From NCBI RefSeq assembly GCF_009914755.1, contig NC_060927.1: a DNA stretch of 64,000 bases. One strand, 5' to 3'. The stretch comes from the human T2T-CHM13v2.0 reference genome, Homo sapiens. Shown here piece by piece: positions 25,909 through 39,783 of this stretch. The notes under the pieces were generated by a model. The model was given only the letters and a program-made list of their open reading frames with translations, searched no databases and was not told where the DNA came from. Numbering within the stretch: the first letter of the stretch is position 1; each line of letters opens with the position of its first letter. Both the position numbers and the translations under genes were made by a program.

Positions 25909-26402
25909 GGGCACTTCCACTTCAAGGTGTGACTACAAAGGAAACTAGGGGACATATACTAGCATTAGAAAAAATAAGTTAAACACTGATAATGAGCTTT
26001 TCTAGCTGAATCTGGCAGCCATGAGATTTTCTGCAGAGTCCAAATCCCACCTAAATCCCATTTGTCTTCTAACTAATTCTTCTTTGCTTTCATTCCATTC
26101 TGACCACCAGTTTCCTGACTGTAATTGTTAACACATAATACCTTCCAACTATCAGTTTCTAAAATTATAGCTTGCTTTGTGATGATTACAGCTTAGAGGG
26201 ATGTATCTTCTCTCCTTAACACTATTGGTCTGCAAATCACCATACAGCAAAGGTTATTTCTTTGGGATTCCTGGAGATGGCCAATTTCTTAGGGAGACAT
26301 GCCCTAGTTCTCATGTGAAAACACCTCCCCAGCCTCATCCTAGATACCAAGATTCATATGGCCTGTGAGAGAAAGGAAGTCAGTCTTCACTCCACTTACA
26401 CC

Positions 26403-27008
26403 TGTGAACCCAAAAGTATCTGAGACAGGTCTCAATCAATTTAGAAAGTTTATTTTGGTGAGGTTAAGGACACATCCAAGATACAGCCTCAGGAGATTCT
26501 GACATGTGCCTAAGATGGCTGGGGAATAGCTTGTTTTTATACAACTTAGGGAGACATAATACATCAGTCAATTCATGTAAAATTTACACTGGTTTGATCT
26601 GGAAGTGTGGGACAACTCTAAGTTGGGGTTTCCAGGTCATAGGTAGATTTCAAAATTTTCTGATTGGCATTTGGTTGAAAGCGTTATTATCAACAGAAAG
26701 GAATGTCTGGTTTAGAATAAGTGGTTTTGAAGACCTAGGTTTTATCATGCAGATGAAGCCTCCAGGTATCAGGCTTCAGAGAGAAGAGATTGTAAATGTT
26801 TTTATTAGACTTAAAGTCTGTGTTGATGTTAACACTGTTCAGCTTTCCCTGAATTACAAAAAGGAGGAGGGTATAATGAGGCATATCTGACCCCCCTTCC
26901 CATGATGGTCTGAACTAAGATTTTCAGGTTAACTTTGGAATGTCCTTGCCTGAAAGAAGGGGTCCATTCAGATGGTTGGGGGCCTTAGAGTTTTATTTTT
27001 GGCTTACC
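26403..27008 (-). mobile_element. ERV1 solo LTR, MER4A-like
   Basis: tgtgaacccaaaagtatctgagacaggtctcaatcaatttagaaagtttatttt...ttttatttttggcttacc; near 4-bp TSD cacc/tacc. Confidence 0.88.
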
Positions 27009-27189
27009 TACCCAAGTCCCAGTTGTAAGATCAAAGTAGTAACAGAAGATAAGTAAGTAAAGCAGGCTGAACCACAAAAGGAGATCCCAGATGTAGGTGA
27101 TCGTGATGAGACCTAGAGAGAACTGATTTGGGAGGACTAGTGATGAGCTAAAAAAACATGAGGAATACTCTTCGAGGATGGGGGAGTAT

Positions 27190-28500
27190 GGTGGGAGGAC
27201 ATGTGCTTTTGACCAATGTAAAATCCAAGTTCAGGTATCTGTGGTCAAACAAAAAACTCAGTCCTCATCACTGGAGCTGACCAGAGAAATGTGAATTCCC
27301 AACTTTTCAAGAAGTCCCAAAGGCAAGCCAGGGCACCAGCTATAACCCTGGGCAAAGCAGCTCTCTTGAGTTTAGGCACTTTCCAAAGAAGGCTAATACA
27401 TAAGAGCTGTCTGCTGGAAGCACTCCCAGCATTTGGGAAAATAAATCCTTCAGTCCTGATAATCTGGGTGTCCTCTATAGTCCACCCCTTGCAATACGAG
27501 GATATAATTCTTCAAGTCAATTCTGGGAACAGTTACTGAAGAATCCCAGTAAGCCTCTCTTTCTAGGGGAAACTTAAAGAAGATTAACAGGAAAATACAT
27601 GGCCCTTGCTACTATAGTTGGTCTTGAAGTCACAACTGACACTCATTGTGTGTCTCTCCTTTACTTTCATTCTGGATTCCCTTCATCCTCAACTAACACA
27701 TCCGCTTGTCTCAGTGGTTTACCTTGTGGCGTGATCCACCCCCACATGCCTAAGAAACCTGAGTCCCTGGTCACACAGGCTTCTTAGGCCAAGGCTGTTA
27801 CACTTGTTCATTTGCCAAGAAAATTTGGCAAGGGTATAGCTGAAAGGTGCCCAAGTGCACTGAGTACCAAATATATTTTCCCTTTCCCCATTATAACAGT
27901 ATCCCTTTCTCCTTCTGATAATCATTATTAATTATCCTTTCTAAGATGATGACTCTTCTTATTTTCTGTTCTTCACTTTCCAAGAAGAACTTGAAGTAAC
28001 CGGCTGTTAGCCATAGCTTGTACTTCAGTGGGAGTCTTCCTGTATCTTCCTAGTTGGAAGTGTTTCTCCTTGGTAACTAACATATTTAAGATTCCAGAAT
28101 TTGGGGTACAGGAAACATAAATTCCCCTAAGGGAATTACTGAGAGTGACAGTGAGAAATGTACTTCTGCTTCCATTCCTTGGTTCATAGAACAAGGTATT
28201 CTACCTATTTGAGACACCAGCACCATATTAAAGATTTTGCTATTCTTGCCTCTTGGATCCAGCACACTCAAAAAACAAACAAAAACAAAAACAAACAAAC
28301 AAACAAACAAACAGTCCCTTACATATGTTCCAGGCTCCTACCAGTAGAAGTTGGCTATGTTCTGCAACTCTTGTGGAATATAGTCTTTTTACTCCCTTCT
28401 CAGACCCAATGTGACTCCAACTGGATTCTGTTGTAACTTAATCCTGGTCATTGAACTTGTGGCCTGGAGGGGAGGTGAGGGCAGATCCTAAATAGGATTT
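27190..28500 (-). mobile_element. Degenerate ERVL remnant (LTR16-type LTR plus adjacent internal sequence)
   Basis: cactcccagcatttgggaaaataaatccttcagtcctga then gtccaccccttgc; the downstream tract resembles HERV16/ERV3-16A3 internal sequence. Confidence 0.5.
28270..28313. repeat. (AAAC)n simple repeat
   Basis: aaaaacaaacaaaaacaaaaacaaacaaacaaacaaacaaaca. Confidence 0.9.
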
Positions 28501-28569
28501 CCATGCTGTCAGGAAGTTCATAGAACTTGTATCATCTTTAATCAAGGGAAGAAATATGTATAGTTTACA

Positions 28570-31414
28570 CACCAAAATTACAGTAATATAATATTCTGTG
28601 TTTTCTGTGTGCATACTATTATTGGTGAGTTTTGTATTAGAAGGTTTCTTATTGCTTGTTACCGTCCTTTTCTTTCAGATTGTAAAACTTTCTTTAGCAT
28701 TTCTTATATGAAAGTTTTGATATTGATGAAACCCCCTCAGCTTTTGTTTGTCTGGAGGGGGGCTGTTATTTCTTCCTAATATTTAAAGGATATTTTCACT
28801 GGATATGCTATTCCAGAATAGAAGATTTTTGTTTGTTTTTCCTTCAGCACTTTAAACATGTCATGTCACTCTCTCTTGGCCTGTAAGATTTCCACTGAGG
28901 CATCTGCTGCCATACATATTGGATCGTCTTTGTATGCTATTTGTTTCTCTTCTCTTGCTGCTTTTAGGATCTTTTTTTTATTCTTGTCCTTTGGGAGTTT
29001 GGCTACTAAATGTCTTTTGGGAGTTTGATTATTAAATGTCTTGATATTGTCTTATTTGGGTTAAATCTGTTTGGTGTTCTGTAACCTTTTTGTACTTAAA
29101 TATTGATATATCTCTCTAGATTTATAAACTTATCTGTTAATATCTTTTTGAATGAACTTTCTACTCTGATCTCTGAATGACCTCTTTAAAAGCCAATAAT
29201 TCTTAAATTTGCCCTTTTGAGGTTATATTTTAGGTCTTATAGCAATGCTTTATTTTTTTTATTTTGTTTCCTCTGAATCTATTTTCAAATAGCATGTCTT
29301 CAACCTCACTAATTCTTCTGCTTGAGTAATTCGGCTATTGAGAGACTCTGATGCATTCTTTAGTACACCAATTGAATATTTTAGGTCCAGAATTTCTGTT
29401 CGATTTTTAAAATTATTTCAATCCCTTTGTTAAATTTATCTGATAGGATTCTAAATTACTTCTCTGTGTTATCTTGAACTTCATTGAGCTTCCTCAAAAA
29501 AGGTATTTTGAATTCTGTCTGAATGGTCACATATCTCTGTCAATCCAGCATTAGTCACTGATGCCTTATTTTATTCTTTTGGGGAGGTCTCGATGCTTGT
29601 GGATGTTTGTCAATGTCTGGGCATTGAAGAGTTAAGTATTTATTGTAGTCTTCAGAGTCTGGGCTTGTTTGTACCCATCCTTCCTGGGAAGGCTTTCCAA
29701 GTATTCAAAGGGAATTGAGTCTTGTGATGTAAGTCTTTGGTTTTTGGTGACTTTAGCCATACCCATTAACACTGAGTCTCTTTCAAACTCACAGAAGTAC
29801 CACCTGGTGGTCTTGGGTATAATCTGAGAGAATTCCCCATATTACCAGACAATCTCTTCTCTTATTTCCCCCAAATAAATGGAGTGTCTCTCTCTCTCTC
29901 TCTCTCTCTCGCTCTATCTCTATATCTATCTCTCTATCTCCTCATCCCAGAGCAGCTACACAAATGCTGTCCAGAAGTCAGGTCCTTGAGTTAGAAACCT
30001 TAAGAATCTTCTTGGTGCTCTATTCTACTGCTGCTGAGCTAGCATTCAAGCTGTAAAACAAATTCCTTCCCATTCTTCCCTTTTCTTTTCGTCAAGTGAA
30101 ATGAGTCTCACCCCATGACTACAACTGCCCCAGGCCCATGGCAAGTACTGCTGATGTTCACTCAAGGCTCAAGTGCTCTTCAGTCAGCTTATGGTAAATG
30201 CTGCCAGGCCTGGGCTCTCCCTTTAGGGCAATGGGCTCCCTCTGGCCCAGGCCAGGTCTAGAAATGCCATCCAGGAGCCAAAGCCTGGAACTGGGGGTTC
30301 AGGAGTCTGTTTGGTGTTCTGCCCCACTGTGGCTGAACTGGTACCCAGGCTGCAAGACAAAATCCCCTTTATTCTTCCCTCTCCTTTCCTCAAGGAAGAG
30401 TCTCTCCTGCAATGATCACCAGAGCTGGAAATGTGCCGGGACATATCTGAAGCCAGCATCACACTGAGTCTCACCCAAGGCCCACAATAAGTACTACCTG
30501 ACTATTGCTGATGTTTACTCAAGGCCCAAGGGCTCTTCAGTCAGCAGGTGATAGATCCTGCCAGGATTGGGTCCTTTTCATCAAGGCACTGAGTTTCCCT
30601 CTGGCCCATGGTGTGGAGCTAGGGCCTGGAATGGGGACCTCAAAACTCTGCCTGCTACCCTTTTTTTTTTTTTTTTTTTTTTACTGTGGCTGAGCTGGTA
30701 TCCAAGGTGCAAGACAAAGTCCTCTTTACTCTTCCCTCTCCTCTCCTCAAGCAGAAGCAAGGAGTTTCTTTTGGAGCTACAATCTGTACTGCCTGGGGTT
30801 GGGGGAGGGTGACACAAACACTCCCTTGGCAACCCCAGCTGGTGTCTCACTAAGCCACGTGCACCCCAAGTCCAATAGCTCCAAGAACAGCACAGCACCA
30901 GGATTTGCCCAGGAATTGCATTCCTTTTGGCCTAATCTGCCTTTCAAGTTCATTTAGGACCTCAGAGTGCTTCAGCCTGAGGTGTCAGGGCTTATCAGAA
31001 CTCAGGTTCCAAACACAGGGATGGATGATTTGCCTCTCGTGAGGGCTGATTTAAATACTTCCTCTGTGGGTGCCAGTTGGATTCTGCCCTGTGTTGCTTT
31101 CCACTGTGACAGGCAGCACTGAGTTCCAGTGCAGAGTCCCACAATCACTGCACTTTTCCTCCCTCAAATGCAGATTCTCTTTCCTCACCATGTGGCTGCT
31201 GCTGGGGGGTGGGGGAGGGGTGGTGTTGGCAAGTGAAGACTGTCCTTCCTACCCTCAGTGATATGAAGTTAAAACCAGGTACTGTGACTGCTTACCTGAT
31301 TTTTGGTTTTTATGAAGGTGCTTCCTTGTGTGAATAGTTGTTCAATTTGATGTTCCTGGGGAGGGGGCACAATCCCTGGAGGGTTCTATTCAGCTGTCTT
31401 GCTCCACTTCCTCC
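28570..31414 (-). mobile_element. L1M1/L1MA-type 5' portion (5'UTR + ORF1 remnant), 3' part absent
   Basis: 5' terminus reads gggaggaagtggagcaagacagctgaatagaa on the minus strand; antisense ORF1 motif ctctctcttggcctgtaagatttccactgag; repeated 5'UTR units. Confidence 0.8.
29887..29940. repeat. (CT)n/(CTAT)-rich microsatellite
   Basis: tctctctctctctctctctctctcgctctatctctatatctatc. Confidence 0.85.
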
Positions 31415-31499
31415 CAGACACTGCTCTCTTTGGGTTTTGTGAAATAGTAGTGAGAAAAGCAGCCTGATAAAAGAGATGTCTGTATGCAATTGGTTGTTA

Positions 31500-31890
31500 A
31501 GTGGGGTTGAGTATAGAGAGGAGGAATGAAATATTTTTTAGGAAAAGATAGTTTAGGGTTAAGGAAGAAGAATTTGGAAAAGCCTGGAGGTAAAATATCA
31601 TGCAATGTTTGATAACATGTTTGGAGGTAAGGTAAACATGGGTAAAAAACAAAATGTAGGTGGTCTTCAAGGCTAAGGATATGGAAAGAAAAGCACACTA
31701 TACTCGTATAATTAAAACCCGTGTAGGCAACACTAAGAAGTTCAGGCTTTCTCCTGAAGACTATGGGAAGATTTCGAAGTATTTCAACCAGAAAGTCACA
31801 CTGGTTTAAGCACAGAGGGCTGTAGGACAGGACGTCAGACAGGAAGACCACTTAGAAGGCAGGGTAGCAACCCATATGCGAGATAATTTG
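31500..31890 (-). mobile_element. L2 fragment
   Basis: gtaggcaacactaagaagttcaggctttctcctgaagactatgggaag...aggaagaccacttagaaggc. Confidence 0.55.
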
Positions 31891-33439
31891 CTCCTTTCCT
31901 GTAAGTCTACACAAAATACAGCTTCTGGATGGAGAATGTGGCAAAGGAGCCCCTAGGATTTCTTGTGTATTTGGAAATGCTGTTTTTAGTATCAAACAGA
32001 AGGCTTGCAAACACTTGTTTGGGATACCGCTTTGGCTCCTCTAAATGAAAAATCATTGTCAAATTTTAAGGCCTAAGAGTCATTGTCTTTAAAATACCAA
32101 ATTGAATTTTCACATACTGAATTAAAAATTCAAACAAAATTTAAATATTTGGGTAAATTTTTACAATATAAGGCAGTTGAAAAGAAGTCATCCTCAGCTC
32201 TCACAAGACTTTGACATCTAAAGCTTGATGTTATTTTAAAACGTACTTAAAATGTTGTGTGTTTTAAAGCTGAATGAAATGTGAGATACCACCAGGCAGT
32301 CCCTGATGAAAACAAAAACCACTCCACCTGTGAGCTGCTGCAACAGCTCACCTCTGACCTCTGCCTCCACACTTTCTGAAGTACCAATCTACACATGCTA
32401 AAACTTGCTGAAAAATCTGTGATGGCCACACATTGCCCACCAGACACTATCTTAACACGTGGGTGAGTTCTACAAGGCCTTCCTTGGTTTGAAGGCTCCT
32501 AAACCAGTTAGGCATTCTATTGTGTTCCCTCTTGCTTATGCGTGTAGTTTTCTGTCATCCTGTCACACTATTCACATCTCTAAAATGGTGATCCATGCCA
32601 CCATTCCATTCTTCTCATTTTGCCTGCATTTTAAGACTAATCTCAAATTTCCCTAAGAGGGAAAACTTCCAGGAACCTCCCACTTAGACATCCTTGTGCC
32701 TGTGTAGAAAGAATACAGGCAAGTACTAAGAATTACTTCTGAGGGGAATGGTGCAGATCAACTCTAACCAAGGCGGAGGTGCAGGTGGATGCATTCCCAC
32801 TGTGGTTACTCAGAGGCAGACTACCCACTTATACTTCTCAACTACACTTTTGCAGGCTGAGTCCACTACCAACTAAAATTGCTTTCTTTGATTCCACTAG
32901 TCAGCTTGCTCAAGGACAGAATGCCCAGACAGCCTTCTCTGCCAGCTGACAGCTTATCAAGTTTATCCCCCCAAAATATGTGTAAACAAGATTCACTGTG
33001 CCCTGATTGCCTGAAATTTGCTTTTCTTCTTTCTCTTCTGTTAGCAATTCTGTATTTGATTTTCTCACTCAAATGACAACTGACCTCCTCAAATGTGACT
33101 CATTTCCATGAAAATAGCTAAATGGCATGTAAAATAACTTTCTAAAAGTATCTGAATTATTTTTGATAATAACAAACACATGGTAAAACAGTACTGTCAG
33201 TATGTTTTTAATAAATTAATTAAAGAAAAGCTGCCGACTTGAAGTAAACACATGTCAATTAGTTAGTTAGTATGGTATTTTCTCTCAATATCCCTAACAA
33301 GCTCCAAATAGAAAATTTGCCTTGAGAAAATAAAAACAAAATTTAAAAAAAGAACAACTCTACAATTTGTAATTTCTTTAACTCATCAAGATTTTGTTTA
33401 CCATTATATTTCATGTTTGCTGGTAGGAGAGGTATTACA

Positions 33440-33620
33440 ATCAAGTGAAAAAATGTGAATTTGGAGTCTAAATCGTGGCTGTTCCAATTGTGTAACCCTA
33501 GGCAAGATACCTAGCCCCTCATCATAAGCCTCAGTTTTCTGATCAGTGAATGGACATCATAATGTAAAACTTTATAAAGTTATTTCGAAGATAAATTGAA
33601 ATAAGCAATGTAAGTTCTTT
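33440..33620 (+). mobile_element. MIR
   Basis: tttggagtc...tgtgtaaccctaggcaagatacctagccc...aagcctcagttttctgatcagtgaatgg. Confidence 0.7.
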
Positions 33621-33957
33621 GAGAACATGGTTGAAAACAATTTTTGTCTCCTGTCTTTGGCAGGATATTCTTATCTGTTACACCAACCCCCTTGCTTGCA
33701 GACAGTTTATGCATGTTGCTAAGAAAGATGCATTTCCTAAGAAAGATGGAAAGCCTTTGTAAACTGTACTGTGCTGTAGAACCCCTAGCCCAGGCTGAGG
33801 ATGAATGAATTTATATAATGTAAAGAATGACCACGAGTGTACGTGTTCACACAGAGGAAAGGATGGGAGGAAGTCAAAAGCCCCTGTGCTGCTATGATAC
33901 CGACCATCTTAATAACATTGGGATTACTACTAGGCCAAGAGAGCAAGTGATCAGCCT

Positions 33958-34467
<510 letters not shown>

Positions 34468-34779
34468 TTTAACATTAAAATGCTGAAGTGTTGGAAAGGA
34501 GAGTAGGGCACTGTTTTTCCCCCCATTACTTAAAATTAAATTTTTAAGCACCCTGTCGATAGATCTCTGGTGATAGTTTGGTAATATTACTGCTGTTAAA
34601 AGTCTTTAAGTACCTTTAAGTATTTGAATGTTCTTTTAAAAACTAATTAAGAGCTCAGTGAGTTAACTTTAAAGCAATTCTTTTGAATCTAGTAGATAAA
34701 ACTAGAGAGTAACAGCAACACACTTAGCAATGAGACTTTATAGATTACAAATTTAAAGAAAACAGAGAAGACCAGAATT

Positions 34780-34915
34780 TTAAAGCTTGAAAGCCCTTAA
34801 AGATGTTATTAATTTAGTGCCATCATTTTATAGGTGAAGAAACTGAATCCCAGAACACATAAGTGATTAACATAAAATCATAAAAAGTGAAAGCTGGATC
34901 TGAGATTTCCTGATG
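34780..34915 (-). mobile_element. MIR fragment
   Basis: catcattttataggtgaagaaactgaatcccagaacacataagtgatt. Confidence 0.65.
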
Positions 34916-35261
34916 ACTATTTGGATGGTTAAAAAAAAAAAAAAAAGGAAAGCAAATAAACCAGGTTTAGAAATTAGCTATGTATTTTTCTCTTGTACAA
35001 CACATTTCCCTGTCCCCAATAGCTAAATACTGAATATCTATATTTGAATACTTAAGTCCTGTTTTTCATTTTTATTTTATGTATCTTAAAATGTAGGCTA
35101 TGTTTTTAATTGAGGCCTGGTTAGTCTCATTGATTATGGTGCCACTGAGCTCAAGGGAATCAAGTGCGTAGGACACAGGGGTGTTTGGGGGTGCAGATCC
35201 AAGTGTCCAGAGGAGGGGATATATTGACAATGTAGCAAAGGATCATCATTCCACATGATGT

Positions 35262-35403
35262 CAATCCTGCTGACACCTTCACTTTCAGCCTAGTGAGATT
35301 TTAGGCTTCTGACCTCCAGAACTATAAGGTAATGCATTTGTGTTGTTTTAAGCTACCACATATTTAGTAATTTGTTGCAGCAGAAATGGGCCATTAATAC
35401 ACA
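35262..35403 (+). mobile_element. MLT1 (C/D-like) LTR 3' fragment
   Basis: cctgctgacaccttcactttcagcc...cttctgacctccagaactataag...ttaatacaca. Confidence 0.75.
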
Positions 35404-35581
35404 TATCGTTGTAAGGCTCAGTTTTTCATTTGCCGAAATGAGGGATGTGATATTTTCAATTGCCTACCTGCTATGAATTTAAGCCTCTTCTCATATGCAT
35501 GTTGGTCATTTTAATGTTTTTTCTGCACAAACTACTCCATTGATTGTTCTGTCTTTGATGATTTGAAGAAATTTTCTATAC

Positions 35582-35798
35582 CAGAGTTTCTCAAACTCAG
35601 TATTATTGACATTTGGGGCTAGATAATTTTTTGTTGTGTGGAGCTGTCTGTTACAGGATGTTTAGCAGTATCCCTGTCACCTACCAACTAAATGAAGGCA
35701 GCACCTGTTCTCTAACCTGTTTTAATGACCAAAAATGCCTCCAGAAATTACAAAATATTCCCAGGGGAACAAAAATCAACCCCAATTAAGAACCACTG
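35582..35798. mobile_element. MER20 (hAT-Charlie MITE)
   Basis: cagagtttctcaaactcagtattattgacatttggggc...aattaagaaccactg with terminal inverted repeats. Confidence 0.85.
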
Positions 35799-35982
35799 CT
35801 CTGTGTTAACCTGTTCTGAATATTTTATATGCTAATCTATGGTCAGTTATAGGAATCAAAAAAAAACTTTCTAAGACTGGTTTGATAAATATTTTATATT
35901 TTAAATATTGGTGCAGCCATTATATCAATCTTTCACTTTATACCTTGTCTACCTTATCTTTTTATGAAGGGTTACTCTATTC

Positions 35983-36153
35983 CAGTGATCCTCACATGTC
36001 AACATGTAAGACAGTCTCCTAGGGGGTTGTTAAAACTAGAATAGGTGGATGCTACCTATGGAGTTTCTGATTCAATATGTCTGGAACTGAGCCCCCAAAT
36101 TTGCATTTCTAGCAAATTCGCCTAGAATGCTGATACCACTAGTCTAGGGACTA
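35983..36153. mobile_element. MER5A (hAT-Charlie MITE)
   Basis: gagtttctgattcaatatgtctgg...aatttgcatttctagcaaattc...atgctgatac. Confidence 0.75.
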
Positions 36154-36364
36154 TAATAAGATTATTTGTCATAAAATTATTCCTTTTGTCCCCACATCTA
36201 GGTCTCTCATTCTCCTAGATTTTCTTTTTGTGTATGAAGTAGGTTTCCAGTTTTATCTTCTTTTTCTCCCCATGGATAGGCAGTTGCATAGCACCATTTT
36301 CTGAATTGTCAACTCCTTTGAGTTTATTATGCTATGAGAGATTTCTAATTACTGACATATTTTT

Positions 36365-38400
36365 AAATGTACTTTTTATTTTAGAATAATTTTTTACTTA
36401 CAGGAAAGTTGTGAAGATAATATGGGTAGTTCCTGTATAATTCCTACCCAGTTTCCCAACATTTTCCATTAGTATGCAACGTTTGACAGAACTAATGAAA
36501 CAATAGTGTATTAGTTCATTCTCGCATAGCTATAAAGAAATACCTGAGACTGGATACTTTATAAAGAAAAGAGGCTTAATTGGCTCATCGTTCTGTAGGT
36601 TGTATAAGAAGCATGATGCTGGCATCTGATTGGCTTCAGGGGAGGCCTCAGGAGTCTTACAATCATGACAGAAGGCAAATGGGGAGTGAGGCATCTTACG
36701 TGGCAGGAGCAGAAGCAAGAGAGAGAGCAAGCGGGGAGGTGCTACATACCCCCAATCAGACCTCATAAGAACTCACTCACCACCACAAGAACAGCAAGGG
36801 GCAGTGCAAAACCACTCCTGAAAAACACCTCCATGATCCAATCACCTCACACCAGGCCCCACCTCACACCAGGCCCCAACACTGGGGACCACAGTTGTAC
36901 TTCAGACTTGGGCAGGGACACAGATCCAAACCATATCAAATAGCAATATGGTATTATTAAATAAAGTTCATACTTTATTCAAATTTACTTAGTTTTTACT
37001 TAATGTCCTTTTCTTTTTGCAGAATCCACTCCAGGATATCATAATTACATTTAATTGTCATAGCTCCTTAGATTCCTCTTGGCTGTGACAGTTTATCCGA
37101 TTTTCCTTACATTTGATGACGTTGGCAGTTTTGAGGAACACTGGTCAGGTATTTTGTATTATTTCCCTCATTTGAGATTTATCTGATGTTCTTCTCATGA
37201 TTGCTCTGGAACTATGGCTTTTTTTGAAGAAAGATTCTCATCCAGTCATATCAAGGGTACATATAAGCAACATGACTTATCCCTGTTGATGTTAACCTTG
37301 ATCACTTGGTATTTGTTAGGTTTCTCCACTGTAAAATTACTCCTTTTCGCCTTTCTATACTGTACTCCTTGGAAAAAGATTATTACGTGCAGCCTGTATT
37401 TAAGGTGTGGGGAGTTAAGCCCTACATCCTTGAGAGCAGAGTACCTGCATAAAGTATTTGAAATGTTTCTGCACAGGAGATTTGTCTGTCCTTTCTTATT
37501 TATTTATTTATATCACTATTGATCATGGATATTTATTTTATACCTTGAATTACAACCCAATACTACTTTATTTTGTTGCCCAAATTCTTCTTTCGCCATT
37601 GGGAGTTCTTTTAGTTGGCTCCTATGTGCCTGTGACATGCCTCCAAAACTGTGAGGGCTTTTTGGTTTTTGTCTAGCACTGCCTTGCTTTCTAATACTAC
37701 AGGAAGCTCCAGGCTCATCTTGCATATTACTTGCCCAGCTTTAAAGTAAGCTATTTCTCCAAGGTGCACAGGTTCCTTTTATTGAAGAAAAGTATTAGAA
37801 ACCAGTGTCTGAGCACTAGATCTGCTCATTGCTACCGAGTGCCATTGCTTCTAGGTCCTCTCAGATTAAAAACAACAACAAGGAAATATACCTGTGTATA
37901 CTAATCTATATGTTCATTATATGTTCATAAATAAATGAGTTCATATCAATATCTCCACCTTTAATCCATTATCACATAGATCATTCTGGCTTTCTCCCCT
38001 AGCTTGTCTGTGACACTTCAACAGTGAAAAAGCAGGATACCACCTGCCACCATCCATTTACTTAATTGTTCAGTTTCAGTATGCATGTATAGTGATTTGT
38101 GAGTTGTTAATATATCTCCTCATGGTAAACTACTTTGCCAAAAAGAATACAGTCCTCATTATATATGGTTCCTTTTGCCTTTTATCTTACAGTCTCCACT
38201 CATTTCCAAAGTTACTAAGTCAGTGCTTCCCCTCTCAACACAACTCTTTCAGTGAAGTTATTTCATATGTTTTAATATAGTTTGAATCTTCTGTCAAGTT
38301 TAAGTTTCATCCTAGGCTCTCCCAAACTCTTAATTATTTTTCGTTTTTTTTTTTTGTTTTTATTCATTAAGGTTTACTTTCGGTTTGTGAAGTTCTGTGG
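36365..38400 (-). mobile_element. L1MC(3/4)-like 3' end, interrupted by MSTA
   Basis: gacttatccctgttgatgttaaccttgatcacttgg is the reverse complement of the motif at ~12965-13000 in the other L1MC copy. Confidence 0.8.
36507..36938 (-). mobile_element. MaLR solo LTR, MSTA
   Basis: tgtattagttcattctcgcatagctataaagaaatacctgagactgg...cagatccaaaccatatca; perfect TSD AATAG at 36502-36506 and 36939-36943. Confidence 0.93.
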
Positions 38401-38749
38401 GTCTTGAAGTCTCATTTTTAAAAATGATATATTGAATTAAATCAGGTTTTCTGTCTATTCCTTCTTGTCTCAGCTTTGGAAATTTATAATTTTTTTATAA
38501 AATCCTTTTAATTAAAAACAACTTTTTTAGTTTCCAAATTTATTGGCATAAAGATCTTAATTTTTTGTGATTTATTAACCTCTATTCTACAAGTTGTTAT
38601 ATCCTCTATTTTATTCCTAATGGTTTTATTTTGTATTCTGTGTTTCTTGACTCACGTTACCATAGCTTTGTCTATTTTATTAATCTTTATAAAGAAATTA
38701 TTTTTAACTTAGGTGAGCCCATCTATAGATTTAATTTGTTTTCAGTTAA

Positions 38750-39130
<381 letters not shown>

Positions 39131-39731
39131 TGATTTAATTTATGTCAGTTCTTTATTTCCAATATGTTAATTTTAAGATTTCAGATTTCAGTCCATACTT
39201 CTTTAGTGGCATCATTTTTGATGTGTAATGCTTTCATTTTTATTTGCATGTAAATATTCTCTAATATCTATTAAGAGTTCTTCTTTAACCCATAAATTAT
39301 TTAGGTATAGATACATAAGATTTTCTTAGTTGTAATTTTGCTATTTATTGATTTCATTGTTATCTGAGGATATGATATTTATAGTGCTGATTTTCAGGTA
39401 TTTCTTGAGATTTTCTTTACGTATTAACTAATGTTAGACACAATTCTATATATGTCTATTACTTCGAGCTTATTAATTCTATTGTTCAAATATGCTATAT
39501 CCCTTCTAATTTTTATATTTTTGATCTATTATTCATTAGGTATATTAAAATCTTGTACTATGAAGACTGTAAATTTGTTCATTTTTCCTAGTAATTTTTT
39601 TCAATTTTGCTTTATACATTTTAAAGCTATATTTTTAAATACATACCCATTCTTCCCTTGCATTTTGAAATTTAACAACAATATGCATTGGTGAGTGTCA
39701 ATTTTAATTTATTGTGTTGAGCCAATTCTTT

Positions 39732-39783
39732 TTTCTTCTTTTTTTTTTTGAGTTGAAGTCTCATTCTGTCACCCAGGCTGGAG
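39732..39783 (-). mobile_element. Severely 5'-truncated Alu (~34 bp plus tail)
   Basis: gagttgaagtctcattctgtcacccaggctggag flanked by the perfect 16-bp TSD gttgagccaattcttt. Confidence 0.9.

Noticed and set aside
28989-29042. ~26-bp tandem duplication tttgggagtttg...taaatgtct
   Set aside because: Local duplication inside a dead L1 ORF1 with no sign of function
31390-31851. 153-aa ORF
   Set aside because: Overlaps a decayed L2, has no recognisable domain and lacks an ATG start
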